Origin: the human T2T-CHM13v2.0 reference genome, Homo sapiens
Direction: 5' to 3' (one strand)
Assembly (NCBI RefSeq): GCF_009914755.1
Contig: NC_060931.1
DNA length: 64,000 nucleotides
Positions 1-12,908 of the stretch are shown here, one piece after another. Each line of letters begins with the position of its first letter. Position 1 is the stretch's first letter. The notes under the pieces were generated by a model, which was given only the letters and a program-made list of their open reading frames with translations, made no database searches and was not told the DNA's origin. The position numbers and the translations under genes are program-made.

Positions 1-1160
1 CATACAGAGAGAAATGTAGCTAGAACTTGGCTAGTATAGCCTGGGGCATTATCTGTTTTAGTAGAAGCTGGAATGCCCATCACTGCAAAACACTGCAAAA
101 GGCGACGTTTAACACAGGCAGAAGACTCTCCTGATTGGCATGTAGCCCAGACAAAGTGAGAAAAGGTGTCCACACATACATGTACCTAAGCTAGTCTCCT
201 GAATGAGAGAACATGTGTGACATCTATTTGCCAAAAAGAATTAGGTTCCAATCCTCAAGGATTAACTCCTCCTGTAAACGATGAGGAATGCACCATTTGG
301 CAAGTTGGGCATCACTGGATAGAAAATAGATTACTCATGGCATAGGTAGGAATGCCTAGAGCAGGTTGCATCCAATTAATGCCCCACAGTAATTTTTGAA
401 AGTCATTTAATGTTTTCAATTGAGCCCTACGTATGGTTACTTTCTGTGGCACTATTGTAGTGTCATTTACTAAGGTCCCGAAGTAGGAGTAAGGAGTAGT
501 AGTCTAAATTTTGTCAGGAGCTATAATTAAACCAGCATGAGAAATCACATTTTGCAAGTGATCATAACATTGGAGTAATATTTCTCCAGTGGGGGCAGCA
601 CAAACTATATCACCCATATAATGAATAATGTAACACTGTGAAAATTTTTTACAAGTAGGTTCAATTGCTTGCCCTACATACATCTGGCAAATTGTTGGAC
701 TGTTTAACACGCCCTGTGGCAACACTTTCCAATGAAAACACTTAGCAGACTGTAGGTTGTGTACTCAGGAATTGTAAATGCAAACTATTCACAGTCTTGC
801 TCAGCTAAGGGGATAGCAAAGAAAGTCTTTTAAATCTATGACTATTAAAGGCCAATTTTTTGGAATCATAGTAGGAGAAGGCAGTGCTGGCTGCAATATC
901 CCCATAGGTTGTATAACTGAATTAATGGCTCTAAAGTCAGTTAACATTCTCCATTTACCTGTTTTTTTCTTACTTATGAAAACTGGAGAATTCCAAGGGG
1001 AAAATGTTGAAGCTATGTGTCCTTTTTCCAATTGTTCATTAACTAAGTCCTCTAAAGCCTCCAGTTTCTCTTTACTTAGTGGCCATTGTTCTATCCAAAT
1101 TGGCTTATTTGTTAACCATTTTTAAGGTATAGGTTCTGGAGGCTTAACAATGGCCTCCAT
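1..1160 (-). pseudogene. ERV pol remnant (RT N-terminus/palm/thumb joined directly to integrase; RNase H missing)
   Basis: ORFs 801-1031 and 504-725 are RT; YMDD is mutated to YMGD. After [29 protein letters not shown] (~320) the sequence reads CPTCQ...NP*GLEPN..WQIDVTH (integrase). Confidence 0.9.
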
Positions 1161-1168
1161 CAAAAATC

Positions 1169-2085
1169 TTATCCCAAACCTTGGCAGGAACTTTGTCTTT
1201 CCACTTGAAGCAGTTCCTTCAAACCTTGCAAATTTTTTCCTAGTCCCATACCAGGGACATACCCCATTTCATGCATCATATGTTGACTTTGAGGGCTGTA
1301 TAATTGCTCTGGAATTAGAACTTGTGCTCCCCATTGTTGTAATAAATCTCTCCCCCATAAATTTATAGGTGCAGAAGTTATAATTGGTTGAATAGTCCCA
1401 GGTTGTCCATCGGGCCCTTCACAATGCAAAATATAACTATTTTGATATACTTCAGGGGCTTTACCAACTCCAACTATATTAAATTGAGCGGGTTGAATTG
1501 ACCATGCGGATGGCCAGTGCTGTAGAGAAATGATGGAAATGTCCACTCCTGTATCTACCAAACCTTTAAATTTCTTTCCCTGAATAGTTATTCCACAGGT
1601 AGGACGTTTATCACAATTTGATTCACCCAATAAGCTGCTTTGCCTTGTTTATTTTTGCTTCCAAATCCTCCTGTTTGTTTAATTTTACTTTTCCCCATTT
1701 TCACATACGGCACAATCAGGAGCTGTGCTATGCACTCTCCTGGCTCTGCTTTCCAGGGAACAGAAGTAGATATAACAATTTGAATTTCTCCATTGTAATC
1801 TGAATCAATGACTCCTGTATGTACTTGCACTCCTTTTATATTTAAACTAGATCTACCTAGAAGTAATCCTATCATCCCCGCTGGCAAGGGTCCACAGACC
1901 CCTGTTGGAACTTTTTGCAGGGGTTCCCCAGGCAGAAGACTGACAGATTTTGTGCAGCATAAATCTACCACGGCACTACCAGCTGTGGCGGGGGACAGAC
2001 ATTGTACATGGGTGAAGGGACGGCCTGAGCCGGAAATGCCCCGGTTTGCAATGGGTCCCGGGATGGGCCCCTCATGGCATTTCCC
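1169..2085 (-). pseudogene. ERV pro remnant: dUTPase + aspartic protease + G-patch
   Basis: dUTPase motifs GRSS, GVIDSDYNGEI, IAQLLI, GGFGS (ORF 1588-1971). Protease LVDTGVD and NLWGRDLL, then G-patch MGYVPGMGLGK (ORF 1169-1630). The two ORFs are frameshifted relative to each other. Slippery heptamer GGGAAAT at 2085-2079. Confidence 0.9.
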
Positions 2086-2633
2086 GAAATCACATTTCCA
2101 TCCTTCTCAAATTTAGAATGACGCTGATTGGCCCAATGCTTCCCTTTTTTACACTTCGGGCATAGACCTGGTTCATACTGATTGATAGCTTGTTTAAACT
2201 CTTTGAGTAATTTAAAAGGAAAAGACTCAAACTTAGGTGTAATATTTCCCTGTTGATTAGGTGGGTGTATTCTAACAGGGAACTTCCAAGCATCTATATC
2301 ACCCTCTTGTCTAGCTTGCTGAATTCCTGCCTGAATAGAACTGAGAGCGGTCGCTCGAGGTGCTGTTTGAACAGTCACTGGGGCAACTACTTTTCACCCA
2401 GTGTCCTCTGGAAAAGAAAGATCTGGAGGGTCAGGCCACTCTTTTTCTTCAAAATTATGAGGGGGTGGAGAAGGGTAGGGATGAACCTCTTCCTCCTTTG
2501 CCACTTTAACTTTAGCTGGCAAACAAACCTGCTCTGTCACCTCTTCTGTTACTTCATTGTACTCTACTTCCTCTTCATCATCAGTGTGAAAAGGTTCCAA
2601 GGTGGAATGAACCAGAGCCCACACCTGTCCCAT
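1965..2633 (-). pseudogene. ERV gag remnant, internally deleted
   Basis: MGQVWALVHSTLEPF start (ORF 2394-2633). The CA N-terminal FPFKLLKEFKQAINQY is fused to an NC knuckle CPKCKKGKHWANQ (ORF 1965-2378). Confidence 0.88.
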
Positions 2634-2763
2634 TGTTACCCTGATGCTTCTGAGCTCCCCTTCTTACTCATCACAGGGATTGCTTAAGAGTATTCGAGTG
2701 TCCTCCAGCTTAGTTCCACGTTCTCCAACCGTCGCTCCAGCGACCCTCCAACACGGGTTTCGA

Positions 2764-2782
2764 GCCCCACACATGGGCACCA
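2764..2782 (-). promoter_or_regulatory. Primer binding site, tRNA-Lys type
   Basis: Minus strand TGGTGCCCATGTGTGGGGC lies just 3' of the LTR end and resembles the Lys1,2 PBS TGGCGCCCAACGTGGGGC. Confidence 0.75.
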
Positions 2783-2784
2783 CT

Positions 2785-3277
2785 TGCTGAGACCAGCTCG
2801 GTCATGGAGACCCTAACTCAGCGGCATTAGAGGAATTAAAGACACACACACAGAAATATAGAGTGTGGAGTGGGAAATCAGGGGACTGGCAGCCTTCAGA
2901 GCTGATAGCCACGAACAGAGTTTTACCCACAATAAATAAAAAGTATTTATTGACAGCAAGCCAGTGATAAGCATTGTTTCTATAGATTATAGATTAAATA
3001 AAATGGGAAACAAAGGGATGGGCTCTGGCTGGTTATCTCCAGCAGGAACATGTCCCTAAGGCACAGATCGCTCATGCTATTATTTGTGGCTTAGGAATGC
3101 CTTAAGCGGTTTTCCGCCCTGCGTGGGCCAGGTGTTCCTCGTCCTCATTCCAGTAAACCTACAACCTTCAGTGTGGGTGTCATAGCCATCATGAGCATGT
3201 CACGGTGCTGCAGAGATTTTGTTTATGGCCAGTTTGGGGGCCAGTTTATGGCCAGATTTGGGGGCCTATTCCCAACA
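2785..3277 (-). mobile_element. 5' LTR of the provirus (MER9-like)
   Basis: Begins TGTTGGGAATAGGCCCCCAAATCTGGCCATAAAC, ends ...GAGCTGGTCTCAGCA, contains AATAAA (plus-strand tttatt ~2946), abuts the PBS. Confidence 0.85.
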
Positions 3278-3278
3278 G

Positions 3279-3617
3279 AATATGGTTTGGCTGTGTCCCC
3301 ACCCAAATCTCATCTTGAATTGTAGCTCCCATAATTCCCACGTTGTGGGAGGGACCCAGTGGGAGATAACTGAATCATGGGGGCAGTTTCCCCCATACTG
3401 TTCTCGTGGTAGTGAGTAAGTCACATGAGAGCTGATGGTTTTATAAGGGGAAAACTCTTTGGCTTGGTTATTATTCTCTCTTGCCTGCTGCTATGTAAGA
3501 CATGCCTTTTGCCTTCCACCATGATTATGAGGCCTCCCCAGCCATGTGGAACTCTAAGTCCATTAAACCTCAGTCTCAGGTATGTCTTTATCAGCAGCGT
3601 GAAAATGGACTAACACG
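3279..3617 (+). mobile_element. THE1 (MaLR) solo LTR
   Basis: ATATGGTTTGGCTGTGTCCCCACCCAAATCTCATCTTGAATTGTAGCTCCC at the start and TTTATCAGCAGCGTGAAAATGGACTAA at the end match THE1 LTR termini. Confidence 0.88.
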
Positions 3618-3930
3618 GTCATGGTAACAGTCAGGGTAGTGTTAGTATGTTCTGAGTCAGGGTCAGGTTCAGAGTGAAGTTCAAAGTGACCATCAGAGTC
3701 AAGGTCAGAGTCAGACTCAGAGTGAGACACATGACCAGGAAGGGTCTAGGTGAGAGTGAGGGTGAAGGTCAGCCTGTGTGTCAAGGTCAGGGTAAAGGTC
3801 AGCAACAGGGTCACGGTTAGAGTCAGGGCCATTATCAAGTTCAGGGTAAGGGTGTGTTGGGCTGAGGCTCAGGGTCAGGTTAAAGATATCAGAGACATGA
3901 TCAAGATGAGAGTCAAGGTCAGGATCAGCA
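3618..3930 (+). repeat. Degenerate hexamer tandem array (consensus ~GGTCAG/TCAGGG)
   Basis: Visible 6-nt periodicity, e.g. gagtcagggtcaggttcagagtg, agagtcaaggtcagagtcag, tcaaggtcagggtaaaggtcag. Confidence 0.75.
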
Positions 3931-4240
3931 ACCTCTGCCCTACTTCCTAGCACCAGGTGCTGGCTGTTGTGAATGCAACTTTCTGAAATGCTCTTCCTCC
4001 ATTTATCTGCATGTCTTCCTCCTTCACGTGCTTGGACCATTTAATGCTGCCTCACGCTCCCTGCCCTTTCACTAGGATGTGAGTGTCACAAAGACAGTGA
4101 TCTTGGAATGAAATGTTTTGCTCACTAATGGGTCCCAGGCAGTTAGAAGAGTGCTTGGGCCGGAGGAGGCACTCGATAAGAGTTTAGTATCGATGAGTGT
4201 GCATAAAAGTATTCCTTGAAAAAAGTACATCTGGGAATAA

Positions 4241-4615
<375 letters not shown>

Positions 4616-4861
4616 TGTTTTGATTCTTAAAAACTAACACTGAATGGGTCTTTCCATCTTGAGAAAAAACAAAGAACTTTTAGGCAAAGTGCTTGACAGA
4701 GTGATTGATTGGCACAGGTACTCACCAAACTGTAGCTATGAATTAAACTTCAAACAACTGGCGTCAGCCTTCCTGCAAACCCTGGAGCATCGTCAAAGAA
4801 ACGCTACTCTAGTTCCCTCATCCAAGAGTAAAAACAGAGAGGCAAGACAAGATAGAAGGTC

Positions 4862-4867
4862 TTTATT
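4862..4867 (-). terminator. MRPS24: MRPS24 polyadenylation signal AATAAA
   Basis: Plus-strand tttatt ~120 nt past the stop codon, with U/GU-rich sequence downstream on the minus strand. Confidence 0.8.
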
Positions 4868-4988
4868 CAATAGCAGATGAGAGACTATGCCTCAGTCCTC
4901 TGAGGGGATGCATTTCCCCCACATACCATTCCTTTCCCACGTTTCCATTCTCTGCAGGCTACAGCTTGATGGAAAAAAGGGGATTGTT

Positions 4989-5300
<312 letters not shown>

Positions 5301-5805
5301 TCAGCCTCATTGCCCCAGGGCCCTGCCATAACTCCAGAGTCAACATCCAAAAGCGCTGAGCACAATCCCACCCTTCACCCCCAGCCTCTTCTCTTTTCTT
5401 CTGCTAATGGAATAAGAAAAATAACACTTTAAAGTTCAAAGTATGTTATGTCATTAATTCCCAAGCCAATTCAGTTTAGTAGGTATTATCATTATCCTTA
5501 TTTTACAAAAAGGAAGATGGAGGCCTGAGTCAGGGTACAAAACTCAAGATGATGCCACCACATCTAGCCCCTTTCCTGCTTTCTTGGCTGCCTTATAAAA
5601 ACACTGGTCATCCCATGGGCCAGAAAGATGAGGCTACCAGCTATTTTTGAGATTAGGGACATGAGCTAGGCCCAGGGCTTCCACCAGTGGGTTCCTCAGT
5701 GTGAACTGTGGATCCCCTGCAGCCCTTACAATGTCCACTAAGAGTCTGCACACCTACATCCAAACCTCAGACCAGAACCTGAAAGAGTGGGAGACAAGCA
5801 TCTCT

Positions 5806-5807
<2 letters not shown>

Positions 5808-5837
<30 letters not shown>

Positions 5838-6118
5838 GAGATGGGAGTCTCACTCTGTCGTCCAGGCTGGAGTGCAGTGGCGTGATCTCGGCTCACTGCA
5901 ACCTCCGCCTCTTGGGTTCAAACAATTCTCTGCCTCAGCCTCCTGAATAGCTGGGATTGCAGGCGCCCGCCACTACGCCCAGCTAATTTTTTTGTATTTT
6001 TAGTAGAGATGGGGTTTCACCATCTTGGCCAGGTTGGTATTGAACTCCTGACCTCAGGATCCACCCTCCTCGGCCTCCCAAAGTGCTGGGATTACAGGCG
6101 TGAGCCACCGTGCCAGGC
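5808..6118 (-). mobile_element. Alu SINE (AluS-like), with TSD CAAGCATCT
   Basis: Poly-T plus full dimer; caagcatct flanks both sides. Confidence 0.88.
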
Positions 6119-6190
6119 AAGCATCTGTATTTTAAGTAAGTTCTCTAGATGCATCTCAAACATCCAAGAACCCCTGTACTAAACAAAGCA

Positions 6191-6814
6191 CAGTTGGTTA
6201 TCAATTGTTCACAATAGTTATATTCTATAAAGTCACTGCCAACACTGACTTAGTGAATACTGAACCATTGCTCCTAGGTGAAATACAGGGTTAGATTCCT
6301 TTCAGCCTCTGGGCACCGTATTTTTGTTAACAAATCAATACATAACCTAGTTTCCTTTGTGTTTCTGTTTAAAGACACCTTGTTTAATATATATGGTAGA
6401 TTCACTAACATTGAATTCAGGGCCAAGAGCAACTCATGACTGAAGAAAGATTCTCTAATACATGTATGTTCTCCCTAAGGCACGTCACAGCCTTCTCCCG
6501 CTTAGGAACACTAGATAGCACTTCAGCATTGCAAGGCCATTTTAAACAGCAAAATCACTAACAAAAAGCACGAAAATGCAAATTAAAAAAAAAAGATTCT
6601 AGACCATAAAAAGGACACCTTTTACAGTACGAGAGCTGAAACTAGGCAGAGCCTTGTCGACCTCAGCTCGGGACATGCACCTGGGGTGGCAGCTCCACCC
6701 ACATCTCAGAGTGACCTTGAGAGTGCCCAGAGTGTTGATTTGGGGCTTACAAATAAATTTTAGTCAGTAGAAGAATCTGAAAATATGGAATTCATGAATA
6801 ACGAGGGTTGTCTG
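6191..6814 (+). mobile_element. Tigger-family DNA transposon derivative (MER82-like)
   Basis: CAGTTG...GTTATATTCTATAAAGTCACTGCCAACACTG...GAATACTGAACCATTGCTCCTAGG start and imperfect inverted terminus ...ATGAATAACGAGGGTTGTCTG followed by TA. Confidence 0.7.
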
Positions 6815-7137
6815 TATATATTTACAGAGAAAAATTTGTGCTTTAGTGGAAAACTGCATTCCTTAGAGCACACTGTTCAGGGTTATCAGATTCTGCAACG
6901 GTTTCACTCCTTTCCTTGACTCTGAGCTATTTTACAGCTCTGTAAATTACAGATAACTGACAGGAATGCAAAATAATTCTTGTCTGTAGACATGCAAATA
7001 ATTTCTGTTCAGTGGAGGATCAATTGAGTCCCTGCCTGCCATGGAAAAAGTCAGTTTTGCATCCATCTTCAAATTTGTTTCAACATCCTGATCTATATAT
7101 ATCTCTGCTTTTTTATGTCTCCCTTGAGTTGGTTTCA

Positions 7138-7365
<228 letters not shown>

Positions 7366-7598
7366 CTAGGAGCAAAAGGGGCCGTGACTCCACGAGATCC
7401 CCGATCCAGACCCCTACTTCGCGCCATGTCCCCCCAGTCAGCTGGCACTGTTCCCCGGCCCCAATCCCCTGATCCCTAAGCCCCGACCCTAGCCCCGCCT
7501 CGGACCCCAGCGACACGCCCCCTTCAGCCCGCACGGCTTCCCCGGCCCCCGGCCCCCTGGCCCCCAGGCCCCCAGGCCCCTGCCCCGGCGGTGCTCAC

Positions 7599-7667
7599 CT
7601 TGGCGCAGACCGGGGAGGTGTGCAGGGCGCGCCAAGCGCAAGGCAGCTCTCGGCTCCAGGACAGCAC
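7599..7667 (-). CDS. MRPS24: MRPS24 coding exon 2
   Basis: ccacag|GTG CTG TCC ... GCC AAG|gtgagc; [23 protein letters not shown] (presequence-like); 69 nt. Confidence 0.96.
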
Positions 7668-7747
7668 CTGTGGAGGGAGGGCGCGTGAGGCGGAAACTAG
7701 GGACCCCACCTCCGACTCGCAGGGACCTGCCGAGTCGCCCCACTCAC

Positions 7748-7786
7748 CCGTGGCCCCAGCAACCCGCTGCACACGGAGGCCGCCAT
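7748..7786 (-). CDS. MRPS24: MRPS24 coding exon 1 (start)
   Basis: caagATGGCG strong Kozak; [13 protein letters not shown]|gtgagt; 39 nt. Confidence 0.96.
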
Positions 7787-10700
7787 CTTGGGCCAAGCGG
7801 AGCGCGGGACGTACCACAGCGCGCTGAGGGGTGGGGACGACCGCGGACGAGACCAAGTCGGAGCTCGTACTCTGTACTCTGGCGGGGGCGGGGCAGGGCC
7901 TCTGCGGGGCGGGGCCGCGGTATGCTGCTAGCTGTTACTCCCGCCTTCCCCGCAGCCCTGTGAATGCTCAGCCTTGTGAATGCTCATCCCGCCGCTGTTC
8001 GCTCTCCCGCGGTTGCTGCTTGCATAGGGTTTCAGATCCGGAAATTTGAGGATGCGAAACGTGAGATTTTCTCTTCGACAACCTCACGCTAGTACGGGTG
8101 ATGGGTGTGCGGCCCACCGGAGCCCGCCCTGCCCAACCTGCACCCTCGGGGCTCGAAGAGGAGCCAAGCGTTTCCCCAGGTCCTAGTTATGCCTCCAAAT
8201 AATATTCGTAGAAAAACAAAACAGAAAAACCCTCCAGACTTTTATCCACAAATAAAGAAGAAACATATTTTGGTTAAAACGTCACCCAATTCTTCAAGGA
8301 TGACTTACGCAGTTATGCAAGAATGGGTTTGCCACATGTGACCACAGTGGTGACTGGCCCCTGAGGAAGGAAAATTTTAAGTACGGGGAAGGGGCCGGAG
8401 GGCAAGGAGATTCGTGAGAATATCGCAGGGCCTGTAATGCTGAAACCAGTGCGTCGCCACTATTATTGGTATCCAGTAATTATTAATGTCAAACGGAAAA
8501 ATAGCAACGCGGGATATTTTATTTTAGAAGTCACCACGGTCATGGAAAAAACACGGGCTCTGGAGTCAGACCCATGTATAACAATCTTTGTACAGTTAAG
8601 ACTCAGTTCTATTATCTATAAAATGGGCCTTAATAATAGTACTACCTTATAGAGCTATTAGGATCAAGAGAATATTTAATCAATGATGGGTTGTGTTTGG
8701 TTGAGTGATGTGAAATTGCCAATGTTTTGGCCGTTCTGGGTCTACATCATTCCCCTTAATGGTACAGTACTTGCATACTGCTGCGGTTTCCTGTCAGGGG
8801 GAGGACTGGATTATGATCCATGGGAAGGGGAAATGGAAGAACGGTGGAAATGAGTTGCCCATGACCACACTGAGAAGAGGGAAAGAGGGACCAAGACACA
8901 AGTCTCTTGACTTCAGTCCAGCCCATTTCCCATGACCAAGATTCCTCTGATTACATGAAGGTGGGTTCTCAAAAAACCCGTAATAAAAGGACAAGGTCTT
9001 CCATGTCCACTTCACCAGAAATGTTTTATTCTTACTTTTTAGAAACTGCGGTCCCCAACTGTTATGCATATTGAATAAAGGGACAGAACAGGGATGAGGT
9101 GCCCTCCAATGCATACTTTGCAAATGTAAGAACTTTCAACATTTCCTAAGAAATCCTTTTCAACTGACAATTATTTTTTAAAGTTTTCATAATGTTCAAT
9201 AATTTTATAATTGTTAAGTTTCATTAATTTGCTCCAAGGTGGTGAGGAACATGGGATGTGGCATCTGAATTGCCTGAGTCCAAATCGTGGACCCAATGCT
9301 TCCTGGCTGTGTAATTTGGACAAGTGACTGAACCTTCTGAGCCTTGGTTTCTCTCATCTGTAAACTGGGGACAGTAATGGTGGTTGTGAGAAGTACAGTA
9401 TGATGTGCCTGGCAGAGGGAGAGAGCAGTTGTGGGTTTTGTTGTTGTTTTTAACGAGTCCCTGATAGCCACATATCCCGTTAGGGAGATGAGCCAGCTAT
9501 TGAGGGTTCTGTGAGAACTCATAGCAACACCACCCTAATCAGAGGAAAGGGGAAGGAGAAAGGGAAACAAGATCCTTGGGCTGATCAGAGGCAGAGGTGG
9601 CAATGGCACAACACCTATTGGGGCCCAAGGTGGGCAGGGGCCACACCACGAAGGCTGTGGTTGGGAATCAAGTTTAGCCCATAAAGCAGTAGGCAATCAA
9701 ATGATCAAATTTATGCTTTCCTCTATTCAAGCCATTCTCCCTTATGCCTGAGATCTCTCTCTGGAATTCCAAACCGATCTAGATCTTTCCAAGCATCACA
9801 ATGGCCATTTCAGTGGCAGACATTTCTGGGGTTCAAATATCTTGTTATCTATCCTTTATTAGCTTTGTTTATACTGTGATTGGGGGAAAGGGGACGTGTC
9901 GGTCTTTACATGATTAAAATTACTTAAAATGACTTTTATACATCAGTATGAATGTTATATTGTTTTAAATAATCAGCAGAAAAATCTGACTGGGGATGTT
10001 TTATTTTTCTGTAACTTCCATTTGTTGTTGTTTTGATGCACTTTCCTTCTCCTATTAATTCCATAAAGGAGGCAGTATTTCCAGGCTTCACAGAGCAGAA
10101 GATGGAGGCTCACAGACTCACCTGAGGTTACAGAAGTAGTAAATGGTAGCAGGCCTTTTTGCTCCAAAGCATGTGCTCTTTCAGTATCACTTCCTGGGGG
10201 TGAGGGTTCAGACCATGTTAGGATCAGGGAATGGCCTGGGTTTCTGTGGCTTGCTGCAGACAGCTCCCAAGTGGCCCTCAAGGACTGCCTGGACATGGAA
10301 AGGCCAGGAGCATATGACCCCATGTGAAAGACCCATCTGCACCCTTCCTGGAGCCTAATGCAGAGACAGGGATGTAAAACTGCTTTTTCTCTGACATGAG
10401 CCTTTGTTCTGTACATAATAACCAAGAACCAGAAGTTGCTCCTATGCTCTCAAAGCAGTGATTTGCAATTGCATGACAGAGCCCCCTGGGTTCCACACCA
10501 CCTCTGTGGGGAGAGGGCAGGCACTCACACTGTTAAAATGCCCCTTAGATGATTTCAATTTGCAGTCGGGGCTGAGAACCAGTGTCCTGAACTCACTCAG
10601 TTTATTTGGGAGACTCCCAAAATGTGTATTTGCAGAGCCCCCTTTCGGGGAGAGTGCTGTTGGATGCCCCTGGAAGATTATGGCAGCTCTCTAAGGAACA

Positions 10701-12908
10701 TAGCCATAGTCCACGCCCACCACTCTTGGTCACAAGGGCAGAAGAAGGGAGGAGGGGTCTGCTGGGAGGTCAGGACTTCTTTGAGATGATCTGTCCAGTT
10801 GGGTGCAGCACAGCCACCATGGGCTCACCCAGAGTGCTCAGGGGATACAGCACTGGCTGGGCCATGGAGAGACACTGTGTAAAAGGGAGCTGTCAGCCCC
10901 CTTGTACTTCCAGAGCCTGAAGAGTTTCAGAATCCAGCCTGGGGGCGGTGGGGTGACATCTCCCTTCCTGTTGGCTGCAGGGTGAGCCGATATCACTCCA
11001 CTCATGGTGGTTCTCTTTACAGCTGACTTATCCTAACTCAGAACTGCTGACACTTTACACTTTGTAAACCTATGGTTTTTACATTATTCCTTGTGATTCT
11101 TTTTTTCCTAATAACTCGTTCACTAGGAAAAATCCCAGAGGCTCTCAGCTCTATTCTGAGAAATAGGTCAAACAACTGAAACCCTATGAGTAAAGCAGAG
11201 AGGCGTGTCAAACCAGATTGCCAAGACAGCTCAGCCGTTTTCCCTGTGAGCTCCTGCTCCATCCCCCCACCTCTGTTCTCCTTCTGGTGAGGCACAAGGG
11301 CTGGGTTTGGTGGGTGAGGTCCCCAGCTATAATTACTGACATCAGCTTTGCGGTCCCAAGGAATCCACTCCCCTGTTATCAGAGCTATGGGCAATTAGAA
11401 ATGCCCAGTGCCACACCAGAACCCTGGGCTAAAAGTCAGAACCTGAAGAAGCCAAACTGGTGCTTAGGATAGAGGGGGTGCGGACTCAAGAAAGAGAAGA
11501 CCGAGGGATGGGCTCATGAGCTCCAGCCCCTGAGACTGCCACTCCCTGGCTCCCAGAAACTGCTAGATCTAGATATAATGGGCTCAGATGAGGAGACAAT
11601 GAAAATGTGCTAAGGACCAAGAAGGGCACAGAAAGGCCTCTGAACCCTTGGGTGGGCACAAATGGAGGTGCGACTGGCACCAGAGGCTGTTCTGAGAGAT
11701 GTGCCCGCCAGTCAACCAGGGCCAGAGACAGGCAGAAGGGGCCCCCAGGCAGACAGCAGCATGGAAGAAACCATGGCCTCCAAAGTGTGTATGTGGCGGG
11801 GCGAGGGTGTGGTTGACGAAATGACAGGAGACCAGGACCAAGGTCATCTTGGCTCTTGTACAGCCCTGACTCATCAGTGCTCATAAAGCTGCACTCTGGT
11901 GAAATTTTGTTGGAGTCTTAGAAGAAATCAGGATAGGTTTATGGCCAAATTATTTTATTAGTGACTCAGAAAGAGGATTTTCCCTTTTACTGGGCTAATA
12001 CACCACACCTGAGGAGTTGGGGTAGTTACCAGATCAGGTTTATATTGTATAAACTGCAGACCACCACCAGTTCTGCTAGGTGCTGTTTCAGTAAATTAAG
12101 ATAGTATCGATGAGAAGATGCTGTTTTACATACCATTAAGAAGGAAAACTGGCTGCAAATTATCTTAAGGTACCATTGATTGATTAAAAGATGAATCCTG
12201 ATCTGACATGTTAAAATGTTTGAGGCTGATGCAGAAGGCAGTTTCCTCTCCACAAACCTCATGGGTGTGCAGAATGGTGTAGACACAGAGATGGGTGCCT
12301 CACTTACCTCATGCACAGACTGGCTTTTCCACCACAGGGCAGGCACTGTATAAGCACCTTCCATTCCTACACAGGCGCTAGTAGGGGGAACTAAGGCTTG
12401 GAGAAGCCAAGTAACTTTGCTAAAGGGTCATATAATTAGTAGGAAGTAAGGCTGAGGTTCAAAACCAGGCCGGACATCCAATGTGCTGAAGCAAGCTACA
12501 CCTCATCTCACAAGAGAGGCGAAGACACGCTTGTTCCTTGTCCCAAGCACTCTTCAGGCCCATTTCCTCCAAGATGGTACTTGCTTGGTTTGACACTTTC
12601 ATCAAACAGGACCCCTTGTGAGCACACGGCCATGCTCTGGTGAGCAGCCTGCCGCCCTGTCCACCTTTCTGGGTGGCTCTCTCTCTACTAAGCTTGGCTC
12701 CAAGGACATGACCGTCCAGTAGCCCCATGGCAAATTCTGGGGCTTCTCAGACCTGAAGGTGAGCATTTTGAGCTCCAGATATGAAAGGCAAGTCCTGGGT
12801 GTTGTGTTCATTGGAATCCTAAGAGCAGCACTGACTGGAGGGCTAAAGGCAAGGCCCATCCACAGTTCACAGACTTGAAACATCAACCCTTCAAAAAGGG
12901 TGGGAGGA

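Larger units (their letters stand above)
1..3277 (-). mobile_element. Defective class II (betaretrovirus-like) endogenous provirus, HERV-K(HML-3)/MER9-type; 5'LTR-PBS-gag-pro-pol, runs off the window start
   Basis: Minus strand shows, in order: LTR (TG...CA), Lys-type PBS, gag (MGQ start, zinc knuckle CPKCKKGKHW), dUTPase, protease DTG, RT (WNSPVF, LPQG.LNSP), integrase (WQxDVTH, TDNAPGY). Many stops and frameshifts. Confidence 0.93.

Noticed and set aside
504-1971. ERV RT, protease and dUTPase ORFs as functional genes
   Set aside because: Fragmented by frameshifts and stops; RT YMDD is mutated to YMGD; RNase H is deleted.
3717-4040. VRVRVKV and DLDSHLDH repetitive ORFs
   Set aside because: Translation by-products of the hexamer array.
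7741-7750. Identical 10-mer at the exon 1 donors of MRPS24 and URGCP (cactcacccg, also at 44851)
   Set aside because: Just the consensus 5' splice site in GC-rich context; no wider homology.
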